From the IMG/VR virus record IMGVR_UViG_3300025131_005047, positions 1 to 62,858 of that record: 62,858 bases of DNA; one strand, given 5' to 3'. The position numbers were made by a program, and so were the translations under genes. A model generated the notes under the pieces. The model searched no databases. It saw nothing but the letters and a program-made list of their open reading frames with translations, and was not told the DNA's origin. The DNA is from a virus. Its lineage: Duplodnaviria > Caudoviricetes. Positions 29,373 through 39,398 of the stretch are shown here, piece by piece. Every line of letters starts with the position of its first letter. The stretch's first letter is position 1.

Positions 29373-30278
29373 ATGGGATATCCTTATGGTGGTACAGGTT
29401 TTTATACAAGAGCCGATTTAACTAGACAAATCTATCAACGATGCCAAACCGTTGCTACATTTTCAGGCTCTTCCAACTGGGGTGACAATTTACGAGTTAA
29501 CTATTTAAGTGCTGACACATATAACTTTACTGTTTCCGCTACTACAGGAACTACTGTAGTGGTAGGACTTAATCTCCAACCTAGACTTAATGGGTCATCA
29601 TTACAAATTAGCCCTTATACACTACATTCTGGTAGTGGTACCGATTTAGAAATAGACCTAACCAATGGGGATGTTTTTAGAAGTTCCTCTTCAAGAAGAT
29701 ATAAAGAAAATATACGAAATATGGAGTTAAGCCAACTCAAAAATTTTCTTAAACTTTCAGCAAAGAGATTTACATGGAAAGGTAACCAAAGAGAAGATGT
29801 AGGATTAATAGCTGAGGAACTTCATTATTTAGGGTTACAAGATTGGGTTATATATAATGGACCACCGGCCATAGAAACTGTAGAAAGTATTAAATATAAA
29901 CAACTTAGTGTAGGGTTATTAGAATTAGTTAAAGACCTATATAAGATTGTTGGCAGGGAACCTTTAGAACATATTAAAGAACCTTATGAAACTGTTAAAG
30001 ATAATTCAGAAAGTGTTAAAGTAATATCTCATAATTATACAACTAACGATATTAAATATATTATAACTAAAGAAAATGAAGTTACGATAACCTTGGACCC
30101 GTCACATACTAATAGATTCTATATTAAAGCGATGACACCGACAATCATTAAACCTCATTATGGCCTTATTGATGAAGAATGGGAAGAAATAGCTATGGGA
30201 ACACAAAGTAGTGTAGAATTACTGTGGGAAGGAACTTCTTGGTATATTTTATCTTCAGACGGTCTCAAGAACTCCTAA
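29373..30278 (+). CDS. Fibre-like protein with peptidase S74 intramolecular chaperone domain and an extra C-terminal domain
   Basis: SSSRRYKENI...F-x-W-K...VGLIAEEL...IKYKQL...LLELVKDL. Confidence 0.75.
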   Translation: MGYPYGGTGFYTRADLTRQIYQRCQTVATFSGSSNWGDNLRVNYLSADTYNFTVSATTGTTVVVGLNLQPRLNGSSLQISPYTLHSGSGTDLEIDLTNGDVFRSSSSRRYKENIRNMELSQLKNFLKLSAKRFTWKGNQREDVGLIAEELHYLGLQDWVIYNGPPAIETVESIKYKQLSVGLLELVKDLYKIVGREPLEHIKEPYETVKDNSESVKVISHNYTTNDIKYIITKENEVTITLDPSHTNRFYIKAMTPTIIKPHYGLIDEEWEEIAMGTQSSVELLWEGTSWYILSSDGLKNS

Positions 30279-32975
30279 GTCAGTTAAGAAATTTTGTGGG
30301 TCTTCTCCAACCCTATTCCAAAATACCATTTCTTCGTCACTTAAAGTAAGTATTTCTTCTAAAGTATCTTGGTCCCCTTCTCTTCTAGGTTGTCCATTTA
30401 TTAATTTACATTGTTTTTTAGTAAAAAATTGTATATCCTCTGGTTTCTTTACTAATAAACTATCTCTTACATCTGGTGAAAATACCACTAATAATGGTTC
30501 TATACGTTTATTGAAAACATTTACATATCTCGCGATATTATATTCCCCTTTTAATTCAGGATTATTTTGTATGTCTTCTTCTTTTACTCTATAGCACCTT
30601 AATAGGGTTTTAGACGTTCCGTCTTTTAATCTTTTATTCTGTACATCACCATGAGAAACTGCTGTTCCATTATTAACATAGTAAATAGTATCACCTAAAC
30701 TAACACTTAAATTTTCTTTTAATATTAATTCCATATGTGCCATTTTCGACATAGGGTGACCTGCTTTATTTTTCTTTTTAGAACGCACAATATACTCATC
30801 AACAGTTAATTTAACCCTAGATTTATTAGCTATTTTATAGAGTGGTATATCTCTATTATATATTTTATCTATATATTCATAATAATAGTCTACAAATTCT
30901 TTTCCTTGTCCTTTTAATAAAAGTGTTAACCCTTTATCTAGAAAATCTGCTATATATTCTGAAAGTGTTTTAGACTTAATAGTATTTCCTGTTAATTTAA
31001 TCTTTCCTTTATCAGTTAATAAAGCATAATTCTTTCTAGCCACATTAATACAAGCAGGCCATTGTCCATCGGTATCTAATCCCATTTCTCCTCTCATAAA
31101 TAAATCATTATATTCTGCTACATCTGCTTCAGAACCAAAATACCTTTTATCCTTTATTACTAATTCATTATTACCTAATCCTATATACTCTCTAGCCTCT
31201 ACATCTGTAGGACAAGAAAAATTTACCCCATCCGTATCCATTACTAAGGGGTCGTAACCTTTTTTAATAAAAAACTTAACCATTTGTCTTAAATACTGTC
31301 TAGCGGTACAGGTAACTTTTTCACCCATATCCATATCTCCCCACGGAAAAACGTGTGGTGCTGATAAAGAACCAAACATGGAATTAATAAAAATTTTAAT
31401 AGGTAATTGTTTTCTACCAAAAGAAGCTGATTTTTTCTTGTCTGTAATTGAGTATTTGGACGCTAAGTTTTTATATTTAATTCTCGTGTCCCTAAAATAC
31501 TTTAACATTCCTTTCATAGCGTGAGTTATATCACATTTTGGAAATACATCGTGAACTAATTGTATAGAAGGATAAAGTGAACTAAAATCCAACTTAAGAA
31601 CATTTTCAGAATATCCTGTTTTTACCAATTTAGATAATCCACCAACAAAAGGTCTTTTTTCTTCTTTTATAGGTATTGCTAACCCTTTATGATAAGACCA
31701 TGCACACATTAACATCTTCCATAATGTAGCGGTACCAATAGTTGACACTCTTTCGTATGTAGTAGGTACCATTGTAGACAATAAAAATGAAGCTTGATTA
31801 AATTGTTCATCTACTACCATTGTCTCGTCTAAGTCATCCCCCAAGTATCTATTTATAATTTCTTTACCTGTTATTTTTTTATATGTGTTTGGGTACCTAC
31901 TTAATAAATCTTTTAATCCGTCCTCACTACATAGTTTGTATTTACCTGTTCTAGGATTAAAATAATATTCTAAATCCTCTTCATATGTCTTATAAATTTT
32001 ATCTCCGGGCACATATACACGATTATTTTTATTTGCTCCTACAAATTCTGTTATGTACTTTAACCCCCAAGATTTAATATCTGAATTAATTGTTTGGGCT
32101 CTTCTAACTGCATGGGCAACATCTACGACATTATACCCCCACATTTGAGTGGAGGCATATTCTTCAATCTCTGCACCTAATTTTAATAGTGAGTCCCTCC
32201 TTCTTAATTTTACATTAGGGTTCAAAGTTTTAGACACATCTCTAATATTTAATCCCAATATTTCTGCTCTACGAATAATCCACTCCCAATCAAAAAATGA
32301 GGAGTTGTACCCCCCAATAATGGTGGGCCTTAGCTTATCGATATAATCAAAGAAATCTACAATCATTCTTCTTTCACTATCCTCATCATTAGCAAATAAT
32401 ACTTTCTTATTTCCTCTATTATCTGACATACCAATTAGAAAAATTGTTCCATCGTCTGGTCTAAGAGAAGTTGTCTCAATATCAAAAACAAATCTATGAA
32501 TCTCATCATATTCTAAAAATCCTTTGAAGAGCCTCTTACCTCTTTGTGTTAAATATTGTTCTACAGGTGTTAGAATTATAATAGAATCTCTACTATCTTT
32601 ATCCCAAGGATTTAAACCTCCTTGTGTAAAAAAAGATACAAGATTTTTATATGCTTTAGTAGTTTTTACTAAATATCTTAATCCGTTTTCTAATCTTTCA
32701 TTATCTCCTGTCTCCAAAGACTCAATAATAATTCCGTGTTGGGACATAGCTTCTTTTTGTAAAGATTTACTATTCTTATAAAAGTTTTTCTTTCGTAAAT
32801 CTCCCACCCAACAAAAAGGAATAAATTTATCTTTTTGTATGTATTTGCCTTTAACCGGGTCTTCTTTTATTTTATAAATGGAATTTGTTCTATAGTCGTA
32901 TTCTACAGCTACTATATATTTTTCAGGGTCTGTGCCTTCTAGGAAGTTTTGTATTTCTTTGGGTGTGAGTTTCAT
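30255..32975 (-). CDS. Family B DNA polymerase
   Basis: Exonuclease FDIETT and YNSSFFD; polymerase LDFSSLYPS, KIFINSMFG, MDTDG, KNYA. No intein evident. Confidence 0.95.
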   Translation of the reverse strand: MKLTPKEIQNFLEGTDPEKYIVAVEYDYRTNSIYKIKEDPVKGKYIQKDKFIPFCWVGDLRKKNFYKNSKSLQKEAMSQHGIIIESLETGDNERLENGLRYLVKTTKAYKNLVSFFTQGGLNPWDKDSRDSIIILTPVEQYLTQRGKRLFKGFLEYDEIHRFVFDIETTSLRPDDGTIFLIGMSDNRGNKKVLFANDEDSERRMIVDFFDYIDKLRPTIIGGYNSSFFDWEWIIRRAEILGLNIRDVSKTLNPNVKLRRRDSLLKLGAEIEEYASTQMWGYNVVDVAHAVRRAQTINSDIKSWGLKYITEFVGANKNNRVYVPGDKIYKTYEEDLEYYFNPRTGKYKLCSEDGLKDLLSRYPNTYKKITGKEIINRYLGDDLDETMVVDEQFNQASFLLSTMVPTTYERVSTIGTATLWKMLMCAWSYHKGLAIPIKEEKRPFVGGLSKLVKTGYSENVLKLDFSSLYPSIQLVHDVFPKCDITHAMKGMLKYFRDTRIKYKNLASKYSITDKKKSASFGRKQLPIKIFINSMFGSLSAPHVFPWGDMDMGEKVTCTARQYLRQMVKFFIKKGYDPLVMDTDGVNFSCPTDVEAREYIGLGNNELVIKDKRYFGSEADVAEYNDLFMRGEMGLDTDGQWPACINVARKNYALLTDKGKIKLTGNTIKSKTLSEYIADFLDKGLTLLLKGQGKEFVDYYYEYIDKIYNRDIPLYKIANKSRVKLTVDEYIVRSKKKNKAGHPMSKMAHMELILKENLSVSLGDTIYYVNNGTAVSHGDVQNKRLKDGTSKTLLRCYRVKEEDIQNNPELKGEYNIARYVNVFNKRIEPLLVVFSPDVRDSLLVKKPEDIQFFTKKQCKLINGQPRREGDQDTLEEILTLSDEEMVFWNRVGEDPQNFLTDLGVLETV

Positions 32976-33004
32976 CTTTTACTTTTAACGTTTGTACTAT
33001 TAGC

Positions 33005-33023
33005 TTCATGTTATTTACATGAA
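33005..33023 (-). promoter_or_regulatory. Hairpin in the DNA polymerase 5' leader
   Basis: TTCATGT-AAATA-ACATGAA on the minus strand, between the promoter and the ATG (29 nt upstream of it). Confidence 0.4.
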
Positions 33024-33042
33024 TTTTACTTAACACTACTAA

Positions 33043-33071
33043 AATATAAAAATAAAAAGTGTGATTGTCAA
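33043..33071 (-). promoter_or_regulatory. Sigma70-like promoter of the DNA polymerase gene
   Basis: TTGACA (33071-33066), 17-nt spacer, TATATT (33048-33043). Confidence 0.65.
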
Positions 33072-33458
33072 TTAACAATCACAAGAACTATTGACGAAAC
33101 TATCTGTTATATTAATATATAAATCTTCTCTAACAGGAACAATTAAATCACTACAATCATCTATTAATGATATATTAAATTGCCCTTGATATCTACCCAC
33201 TTCACTAACATCGCTAGGTTGCCATCTGTAATAGATATAATATTCTATTGGGGAAAGAGCGTCAACATTTGTTTTTGAAACTATGCCTGCAGCTTTATTT
33301 AAAATAACAAACACACCATTTTTTGTGTCCTTCATAGAAAAAGAAATAGCTGAGTTTACCAGCTTTTGATAAAAACTATCAAAATCACTTCTACCGTCCT
33401 GTATAAGTTGCATTTTCAGGATTGGTTCAGTTGAATTTTTTCTTATAAAGAACTCCAT
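33072..33458 (-). CDS. BppU N-terminal-like baseplate/fibre attachment protein
   Basis: FFIRKNSTEPIL...IYYRWQPSDVSEVGRYQGQF...LIVP...LYINI. Confidence 0.6.
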   Translation of the reverse strand: MEFFIRKNSTEPILKMQLIQDGRSDFDSFYQKLVNSAISFSMKDTKNGVFVILNKAAGIVSKTNVDALSPIEYYIYYRWQPSDVSEVGRYQGQFNISLIDDCSDLIVPVREDLYINITDSFVNSSCDC

Positions 33459-33462
33459 AATT

Positions 33463-34932
33463 TTAACTTGGGTTAATTATGAAAAATTGTATTTTTCCTT
33501 CGGCAGCTAAATCTACATCTCCGTCACCTGAATTGTCTATTCTCACATCGAAATACCCAATATAAGCACCCGTTAACGAAGCCGTTAAATTTGCGTCGGA
33601 TGGGGAATCATTTTGTATTACTGTTAAGAACACTAATGTGTCCGAACCTTTAACTTTATTATTCCTAACTCTAAAAATAGCTGATGATTGTGATGTAAGA
33701 ACAGAACCTCCTGCATCATATAACCTAATTGTTCCACTACTTGAGTTTAGGCTTACTTGTTCTGCAGTACTTGCTGATTGTGTTACTGTTCTTCCTGCAC
33801 CACCCGCGTGAATAAAGTCACCAGCCCAAGTGTCGCCACTTAGACCATCACCACCAAAAGACAAGTCTCTGTCAGTAGATATGTTACCTGAATCAATTGT
33901 TGTCCAAACTCCATCTTCATCACCCAAAGTTAGTGCTCCGTCGGCGATATAGGTGTTACCACTAATTACCGCTGAGCCATTTACATCAATTGAATTTAGA
34001 ATTGATAGTGTTCCTGTACACGCTGAGATATTATTAACACTTAAAGTATTGTATGTTGTAGATGTTACTGTTACAGCTGAAGTTGTTGCTGTATATCCTG
34101 TTATTACTGTTCCACCACTTATACATGTACTAGTCGATGCGGTAGATATAAAAGTACATCCACTGAGATAGGTTGTTGTGACTACTGTATCCGCCCCTCT
34201 ACATAAATTAAGGTCACCTATTATAGTTGTATTTCCTGTTATCACCGTAGGTGTGGCAATATGTAAGGTACCACTACATCCCGATATTTCGGAAACTGTA
34301 AGAGTTGTTGTAACTGCTGTAGTTCCTGTATTAGCTGAGGTAGCCCCTGTCCAATTCTCGTCGGTTTTAACACAACACAGATTTAAATTACCACATATAT
34401 CTACATTATTACTAATAGATAATGTTCCTGTACAAGCTGAAATTTTACTAACGTATAGTGTTGGTACTGTTGTAGCTGTAGTTCCTGTCATCCCTGAGGT
34501 AATAACTGGTGGACAACCACACATGTTTAAATCACCACACATTGTAGTGGTACCACTTAATGTCATTCCTCCGCTAACTGTAATTCCTCCGTTAAATGTA
34601 ACAGGACAACTAAAAGTACTAGTTGCATTTACTAATAATGTGTTAACACATGTCGTCCCTAAAACAGTATTAGCAACTACTGTATGGTCTGTTCCTACCC
34701 ACACATTCCCACTAACATCTACACTTTGTTGGAAGTTATACCCTGTAGCTACGGTTAAGTTTTCTTCTAAATACGGTACTCTTAATAAGCTACCTGCTGC
34801 ATTTATAACACTTAAATGTTCATTAGTGAACGGTGCTGCAGTGTCCGCACCCGCAAATAATGAAATATACCCTGAAGGTGGGGTTGTGATTGTTGATTTA
34901 TTCTCTAAGTTAATTCTAAGTTTTGCCGACAT
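33463..34932 (-). CDS. Thr/Ser/Gly-rich tail fibre or appendage protein with internal repeats
   Basis: Three repeats of TL-x-V-x-x-IS[AG]C[TS]GTL and three of G[DN]LN[LM]C; C-terminal VTQSAS...VSLNSSSGTI beta domain. Confidence 0.65.
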   Translation of the reverse strand: MSAKLRINLENKSTITTPPSGYISLFAGADTAAPFTNEHLSVINAAGSLLRVPYLEENLTVATGYNFQQSVDVSGNVWVGTDHTVVANTVLGTTCVNTLLVNATSTFSCPVTFNGGITVSGGMTLSGTTTMCGDLNMCGCPPVITSGMTGTTATTVPTLYVSKISACTGTLSISNNVDICGNLNLCCVKTDENWTGATSANTGTTAVTTTLTVSEISGCSGTLHIATPTVITGNTTIIGDLNLCRGADTVVTTTYLSGCTFISTASTSTCISGGTVITGYTATTSAVTVTSTTYNTLSVNNISACTGTLSILNSIDVNGSAVISGNTYIADGALTLGDEDGVWTTIDSGNISTDRDLSFGGDGLSGDTWAGDFIHAGGAGRTVTQSASTAEQVSLNSSSGTIRLYDAGGSVLTSQSSAIFRVRNNKVKGSDTLVFLTVIQNDSPSDANLTASLTGAYIGYFDVRIDNSGDGDVDLAAEGKIQFFIINPS

Positions 34933-34979
34933 GTTTTTATTCTTTATTAGTTATTTTATTCATTTTATTATACTCTATA

Positions 34980-35297
34980 TTACGTAATGGAGACGACTAC
35001 CGCCTCACCATCCAAGTTTATCTGCCCATTTATAATCCATTCATCCGCATGTATAACTTGCATGTTCGTCTTAATGCAATAAATATCATTCCAATCAACA
35101 GGAGATGGGTGTGCACCCATGGTTAACATATCCTCTAGTCGTTTGAGTCCCCCTTGTACCTGACAGCTATTGTTAATGTTAATGTGAGTTGCAAAACTCG
35201 TTTCCCCACTAAAATTAACCCAACTAAAAAACGTGGTAGGTAATGGCACGTCACCACCCTTCCAATTTTCTATTATATTTTTACATTTACAACCCAT
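34980..35297 (-). CDS. Hypothetical protein, probably virion-associated
   Basis: Co-oriented in the fibre operon; contains SGET. Confidence 0.55.
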   Translation of the reverse strand: MGCKCKNIIENWKGGDVPLPTTFFSWVNFSGETSFATHININNSCQVQGGLKRLEDMLTMGAHPSPVDWNDIYCIKTNMQVIHADEWIINGQINLDGEAVVVSIT

Positions 35298-35303
35298 TAT
35301 CTT

Positions 35304-37874
35304 TTATTTATAATAATTTCCATATATGACCATTTTTGAATCTATTTCATCATTTATCTTACTAATAACTATTTTGATGACATCATTTGGCCCCGCACAA
35401 AACGGGAAAGTAACAGTTTTTTCTGCTCCATGACCCATTTCACCATATATATACATCGAATAGCTTGCAATATTGTCAATAAGTGCGTTTGTAAATTTAA
35501 CTCCTGACCAACCTCCTGCAGATAAATAATGGTCCAATCTATCAACAGCTAATGTAAGTACCTGATTCTCAGTATACCCTGAGGTTGGGACATTATTAAT
35601 CTTACAAAAGTCTTCTACGAGCCCTGTTTCTCTACACATAATGTCAAACTCTAAAGAAATGTCTAAAGAATCCCCTTCAGTTAAATATAATACCTGACCT
35701 GGTCTACACGCATTAAAATTACAACTACAATCTAGTAAATTATATCTATCTTTATCTACTAAATAATTGTGTATTATTTCATCATTAGTTAATGGTTCTA
35801 AATAATATCTCATTTGAGATATTCCTCCATCAAAAGTGCCTGCAAAATTCTTTTCTATTAATAACCCTAAATCTTTATTATCTTGGTGGTATGGGTAACA
35901 AGTATCTCCAGATATAAAAGTTAAGCTTTCTATGAGTCCTTGTGACCCTCCACCCCACGACATATTATATGGTACTCCCACCTGTAATTCTGGCTCCGTA
36001 TTTAATCTTCTAGGGATAATCTCTTCAAAGTCAGGAACCTCCAAAACTGGTCGTCCATTAACAAATAATGTTAAAGTTCCTCTTCTAAAATTAATTTCGT
36101 CTAACCATTTTTTATTAAAATTTATTACTGTTTTTTCTTTTATGTGTGCTGTTATAGCTGCAGTACTAGGTGTAACGATTTCTCTTAAATCATTGACACC
36201 ACCATAATTTTCTAAATCACAACCCTCATAACAATAGTCTCTTTGGAATCTTGCTGTGATTTCTAACCATGGTTCTTTAGCTATATGGGTACTTCCAGTT
36301 AATCCACAAATTGATTTAGAAGTGTATTTTTCACTAATTGTATATCCTGTAGTGTAGGTGTATCCTGTAATACACGTACCTGTCATTATACAACTTCCAG
36401 TGTAGTATATTGCTCTATAACCTAACTTATAATCTGGAGTTAATCGCAGGCCAAAAGCGTTACTCATTGAATCTATTATATTAGGATATGTCCATTTTTC
36501 ATAGAGTGTTTTCTTATTATTACATCCGTCTACTACTATTACTTTTTTACTTTTTTGTATCGGTAGGGTCCCACCAGAACAGGAATACTCCATATTATCA
36601 CATGTTGTTACACCCGATTCCCCAGAAAATACATTCCAAAACTTATTCTCTGCTCTAGTTCCCATATACCAGAAAAATCCAGCATTATTAGGGTATTTGG
36701 CGTTTAAAGTATTTTCATAACCAGGACATATTTCTGGATGCTGTCTTACTTTAAGTAAACAATCAACAGTCCATCCACACTCAGTTCTTGCTGGAAGAGC
36801 TTCATATTCATAATCATATAATTTAAAGAATCCTTGATAGAATCCGCCATCAAGTTCTTGGTATTGTCCTGCACATGACCCTGTCACACTCACTATATTA
36901 TAATTGTATGGGTTTTTAGTGTATCCTGTTACCGCATGCATTTTGAATCTTTTATCATAATGAAGCGGATTGTGTTTATATTGTGATGGCAAAGTTTCCC
37001 ATAATTTAAGTGATTCTATTCCACAAGGTGTCTTCCAATACCCTAGTTGTACCGAAGTAGAAGCTGTAAAAATAGCACCGAAAGGAGTTGAAGCTGAACT
37101 AGTTATCGAAGCGTTACTTAATGTAAATTTATACGCAGTCCCTCCAGTAAAGAAACAACAGGTAACATATTTCATATCCTCACAATTAAATCCACTAAGA
37201 TTATTATTAGTAGTTTTTGCTGTATATGAAACAGTTGGTACTCCATTAACTAAAGTGTTTGGGTATTCACATCCTGTATCACAGTTTGGTGGGTTGGTAA
37301 TATTAGGTGACCAGGTTACTGGCCAGAAATTAACCGTATTCTCGAGTGTTATTCCTGTAACAGTACCTACAAAGGTGGTGTTTGCGGTAAATGAAACTTT
37401 ACAAAAATCACAGATTGTAGGGTCGTCTTTCATATACCTCACCAATCCGTTATCGGTTCCTGTTAGCCCTATACCACACACAGCTTCTACAAATTTTGTA
37501 TAACCACTATAATCTCTAGTTTCACATTTTATACATCTACACAACGCATCATGTTCATTAGGTCTTGCCTTATCCCAATAAGATAAACTTAATAAAGTAT
37601 TTGCAGAATAATATTTATTACACGCAAGATTAAAAGATTGTGTACATCCTGTTCTATTCAAATCAAACCATGCTCCTAATCTATTAGAGGAAAAGGCTGT
37701 ACCTGTTTTTAGAGAACTTTCATTCCCCAGGACTCCTATAGGGGATTTTGAGTATATTACCTCCATATTATAGTCCTTTTCATCAGACGCTAAAAAGAAA
37801 TCATAGTATGAGCTATAATTAATATGTGCATCTAATTTATTAAAAAAATAGTTATTTAAATTTTGTGGTCCCAT
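35304..37874 (-). CDS. Large Cys/Thr-rich virion protein with concanavalin A/LamG-like core
   Basis: GWTVD...GFFWYMGTRAENKF...LTLFVNGR...FAGTFDGGISQMRYYLEPLTNDEIIHNY is LamG-like; TATTTATG just upstream. Confidence 0.6.
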   Translation of the reverse strand: MGPQNLNNYFFNKLDAHINYSSYYDFFLASDEKDYNMEVIYSKSPIGVLGNESSLKTGTAFSSNRLGAWFDLNRTGCTQSFNLACNKYYSANTLLSLSYWDKARPNEHDALCRCIKCETRDYSGYTKFVEAVCGIGLTGTDNGLVRYMKDDPTICDFCKVSFTANTTFVGTVTGITLENTVNFWPVTWSPNITNPPNCDTGCEYPNTLVNGVPTVSYTAKTTNNNLSGFNCEDMKYVTCCFFTGGTAYKFTLSNASITSSASTPFGAIFTASTSVQLGYWKTPCGIESLKLWETLPSQYKHNPLHYDKRFKMHAVTGYTKNPYNYNIVSVTGSCAGQYQELDGGFYQGFFKLYDYEYEALPARTECGWTVDCLLKVRQHPEICPGYENTLNAKYPNNAGFFWYMGTRAENKFWNVFSGESGVTTCDNMEYSCSGGTLPIQKSKKVIVVDGCNNKKTLYEKWTYPNIIDSMSNAFGLRLTPDYKLGYRAIYYTGSCIMTGTCITGYTYTTGYTISEKYTSKSICGLTGSTHIAKEPWLEITARFQRDYCYEGCDLENYGGVNDLREIVTPSTAAITAHIKEKTVINFNKKWLDEINFRRGTLTLFVNGRPVLEVPDFEEIIPRRLNTEPELQVGVPYNMSWGGGSQGLIESLTFISGDTCYPYHQDNKDLGLLIEKNFAGTFDGGISQMRYYLEPLTNDEIIHNYLVDKDRYNLLDCSCNFNACRPGQVLYLTEGDSLDISLEFDIMCRETGLVEDFCKINNVPTSGYTENQVLTLAVDRLDHYLSAGGWSGVKFTNALIDNIASYSMYIYGEMGHGAEKTVTFPFCAGPNDVIKIVISKINDEIDSKMVIYGNYYK

Positions 37875-37925
37875 TATACATAAATACTTCTTGAATTACT
37901 TAATATTTATAGTAAAACAACTATT

Positions 37926-38603
37926 ATGGTTAATGAAGAAACAAAATGTGATTGTAACAAAATACACCCAGATATGTCTCATGATGATTGGGTAGACCAA
38001 AATCCTGAAATGGTAGAGGCTGGAGAAGATGAGGAATTAGAAGAACTTGTAGACTATGATGGGTCTATACTAAGTTCCAAGGTCCCTAATAATTTTACTA
38101 AAGCAACTAAAGTTAGTAGAAGTACTAGTGATGATGTAGAGAAAGCTTCACATATGAAATCACGTAATTTTTACTATAAAAGATTTTGGGCTGAAGGATA
38201 TATGGGAGCTGGTCTTGGGGATAATGAGGAAACTGATACTTTAACTGGTGATGAAACTATAGAGATGTTTACCGATGAAGAAGAAGGTTATGGTCTTTCA
38301 TTATCTAAAGCAATTGAAAAAGCAGAGGAAAAAGGTAAGATTGTTAAGGGTTCTCAGAAACAACTAGACTCACCTAAAATGAGAATTACTGAAAAAGAAA
38401 AAATAAAAAAAATTGTAGAGAAATTATTAAGTAATAAAGATTCGGATATTAGTGTTTCTGATAAAGAACAAGAACTACATGATGGTGGTGAAATAGACCC
38501 AATCATAAAAAGAAAGTTCAAGAGTCTTATCAAATCAATTAACTCTACATCTAATCTGAGCGTAGATGAAGTTATAAAAAATTTATTAAGTAATGCCGGA
38601 TAA
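37926..38603 (+). CDS. Acidic hypothetical protein (late, possibly head-associated)
   Basis: Preceded by TATTTATA at 37904-37911; N-terminal CDC...HP...H cluster. Confidence 0.6.
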   Translation: MVNEETKCDCNKIHPDMSHDDWVDQNPEMVEAGEDEELEELVDYDGSILSSKVPNNFTKATKVSRSTSDDVEKASHMKSRNFYYKRFWAEGYMGAGLGDNEETDTLTGDETIEMFTDEEEGYGLSLSKAIEKAEEKGKIVKGSQKQLDSPKMRITEKEKIKKIVEKLLSNKDSDISVSDKEQELHDGGEIDPIIKRKFKSLIKSINSTSNLSVDEVIKNLLSNAG

Positions 38604-39045
38604 GTCTTTAAATGGGAAAACTTTCAAAGTCTCTGATAAAGTCATTGAAAAAATTAAACTGTCTTTAAATGCGTTTGATGGTCCTAGGACTACAGAAGGA
38701 TATGAGAGAGCAAAAAATATTATTAATGACCCTATTATTAGTCTAGCTTTATTAAAAAAAATAAACCATTTTTTTAGAAATGCAGATAAAGATAGTTGGT
38801 CTTATAAATTAACAGGTGGGGACTTAGGAAAAAAATTCTTTTCTATTCTTGAGGATAAGGTTAGAGACGGAGAAAATTCTAGTAAGAAAGCTAGGTCCAG
38901 AAGTGGAATGGAAAATATTTATAAAGATGAACACACTAAAGATGGTTTAGGGAACCCAACGTATGTTAATGTTCCAGGACCACCTAAAGTAGGTGAATTA
39001 AAAGAAGAAATAAAAAGAATAAAAAAATTAATAAACTTAAATTAA
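38593..39045 (+). CDS. Hypothetical protein with C-terminal LKEEIKRIKKLI motif
   Basis: Overlaps the upstream gene; motif shared with the DeoC N-terminus. Confidence 0.6.
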   Translation: MPDKSLNGKTFKVSDKVIEKIKLSLNAFDGPRTTEGYERAKNIINDPIISLALLKKINHFFRNADKDSWSYKLTGGDLGKKFFSILEDKVRDGENSSKKARSRSGMENIYKDEHTKDGLGNPTYVNVPGPPKVGELKEEIKRIKKLINLN

Positions 39046-39056
39046 ATTAAATTATT

Positions 39057-39386
39057 ATGGCAACTAACGAACCAAGTGCAGCTCAACGAATGAGCGAAAT
39101 GGCAGAAGCTGAAAGAAAAAAAGCTTTTGCTCGTAATGAATATAACCCTGTAAAAGAGGATGATGGGTACGATGTTAATCACCCAAACGCCAATTCTGAT
39201 GGGGACGATAAAGGTAGAGGCACAGCTTCTTATTTAGGAGTACATGGAGATGCTGGTACACAAACAGACCAAAAACTTAGAAAAGACTTAATTAAAGGTA
39301 ACCTTTACAACTCTAAAAATGAGTACTACTCTAATACTCCTGGTGATGAGGCAGGTAGTAGTGGAACTATAGAGTTAACTCCTTAA
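39057..39386 (+). CDS. Hypothetical protein
   Basis: 109 aa operon member; YDVNHPNANSDGDDKGRGT. Confidence 0.6.
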   Translation: MATNEPSAAQRMSEMAEAERKKAFARNEYNPVKEDDGYDVNHPNANSDGDDKGRGTASYLGVHGDAGTQTDQKLRKDLIKGNLYNSKNEYYSNTPGDEAGSSGTIELTP

Positions 39387-39398
39387 TTAAAAGAGAAA

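Noticed and set aside
34178-34987. 269 aa + strand ORF, and a 177 aa one at 36970-37503
   Set aside because: Antisense shadows of Thr/Gly-rich genes; their Val/Pro bias is what the reverse complement of those codons gives.
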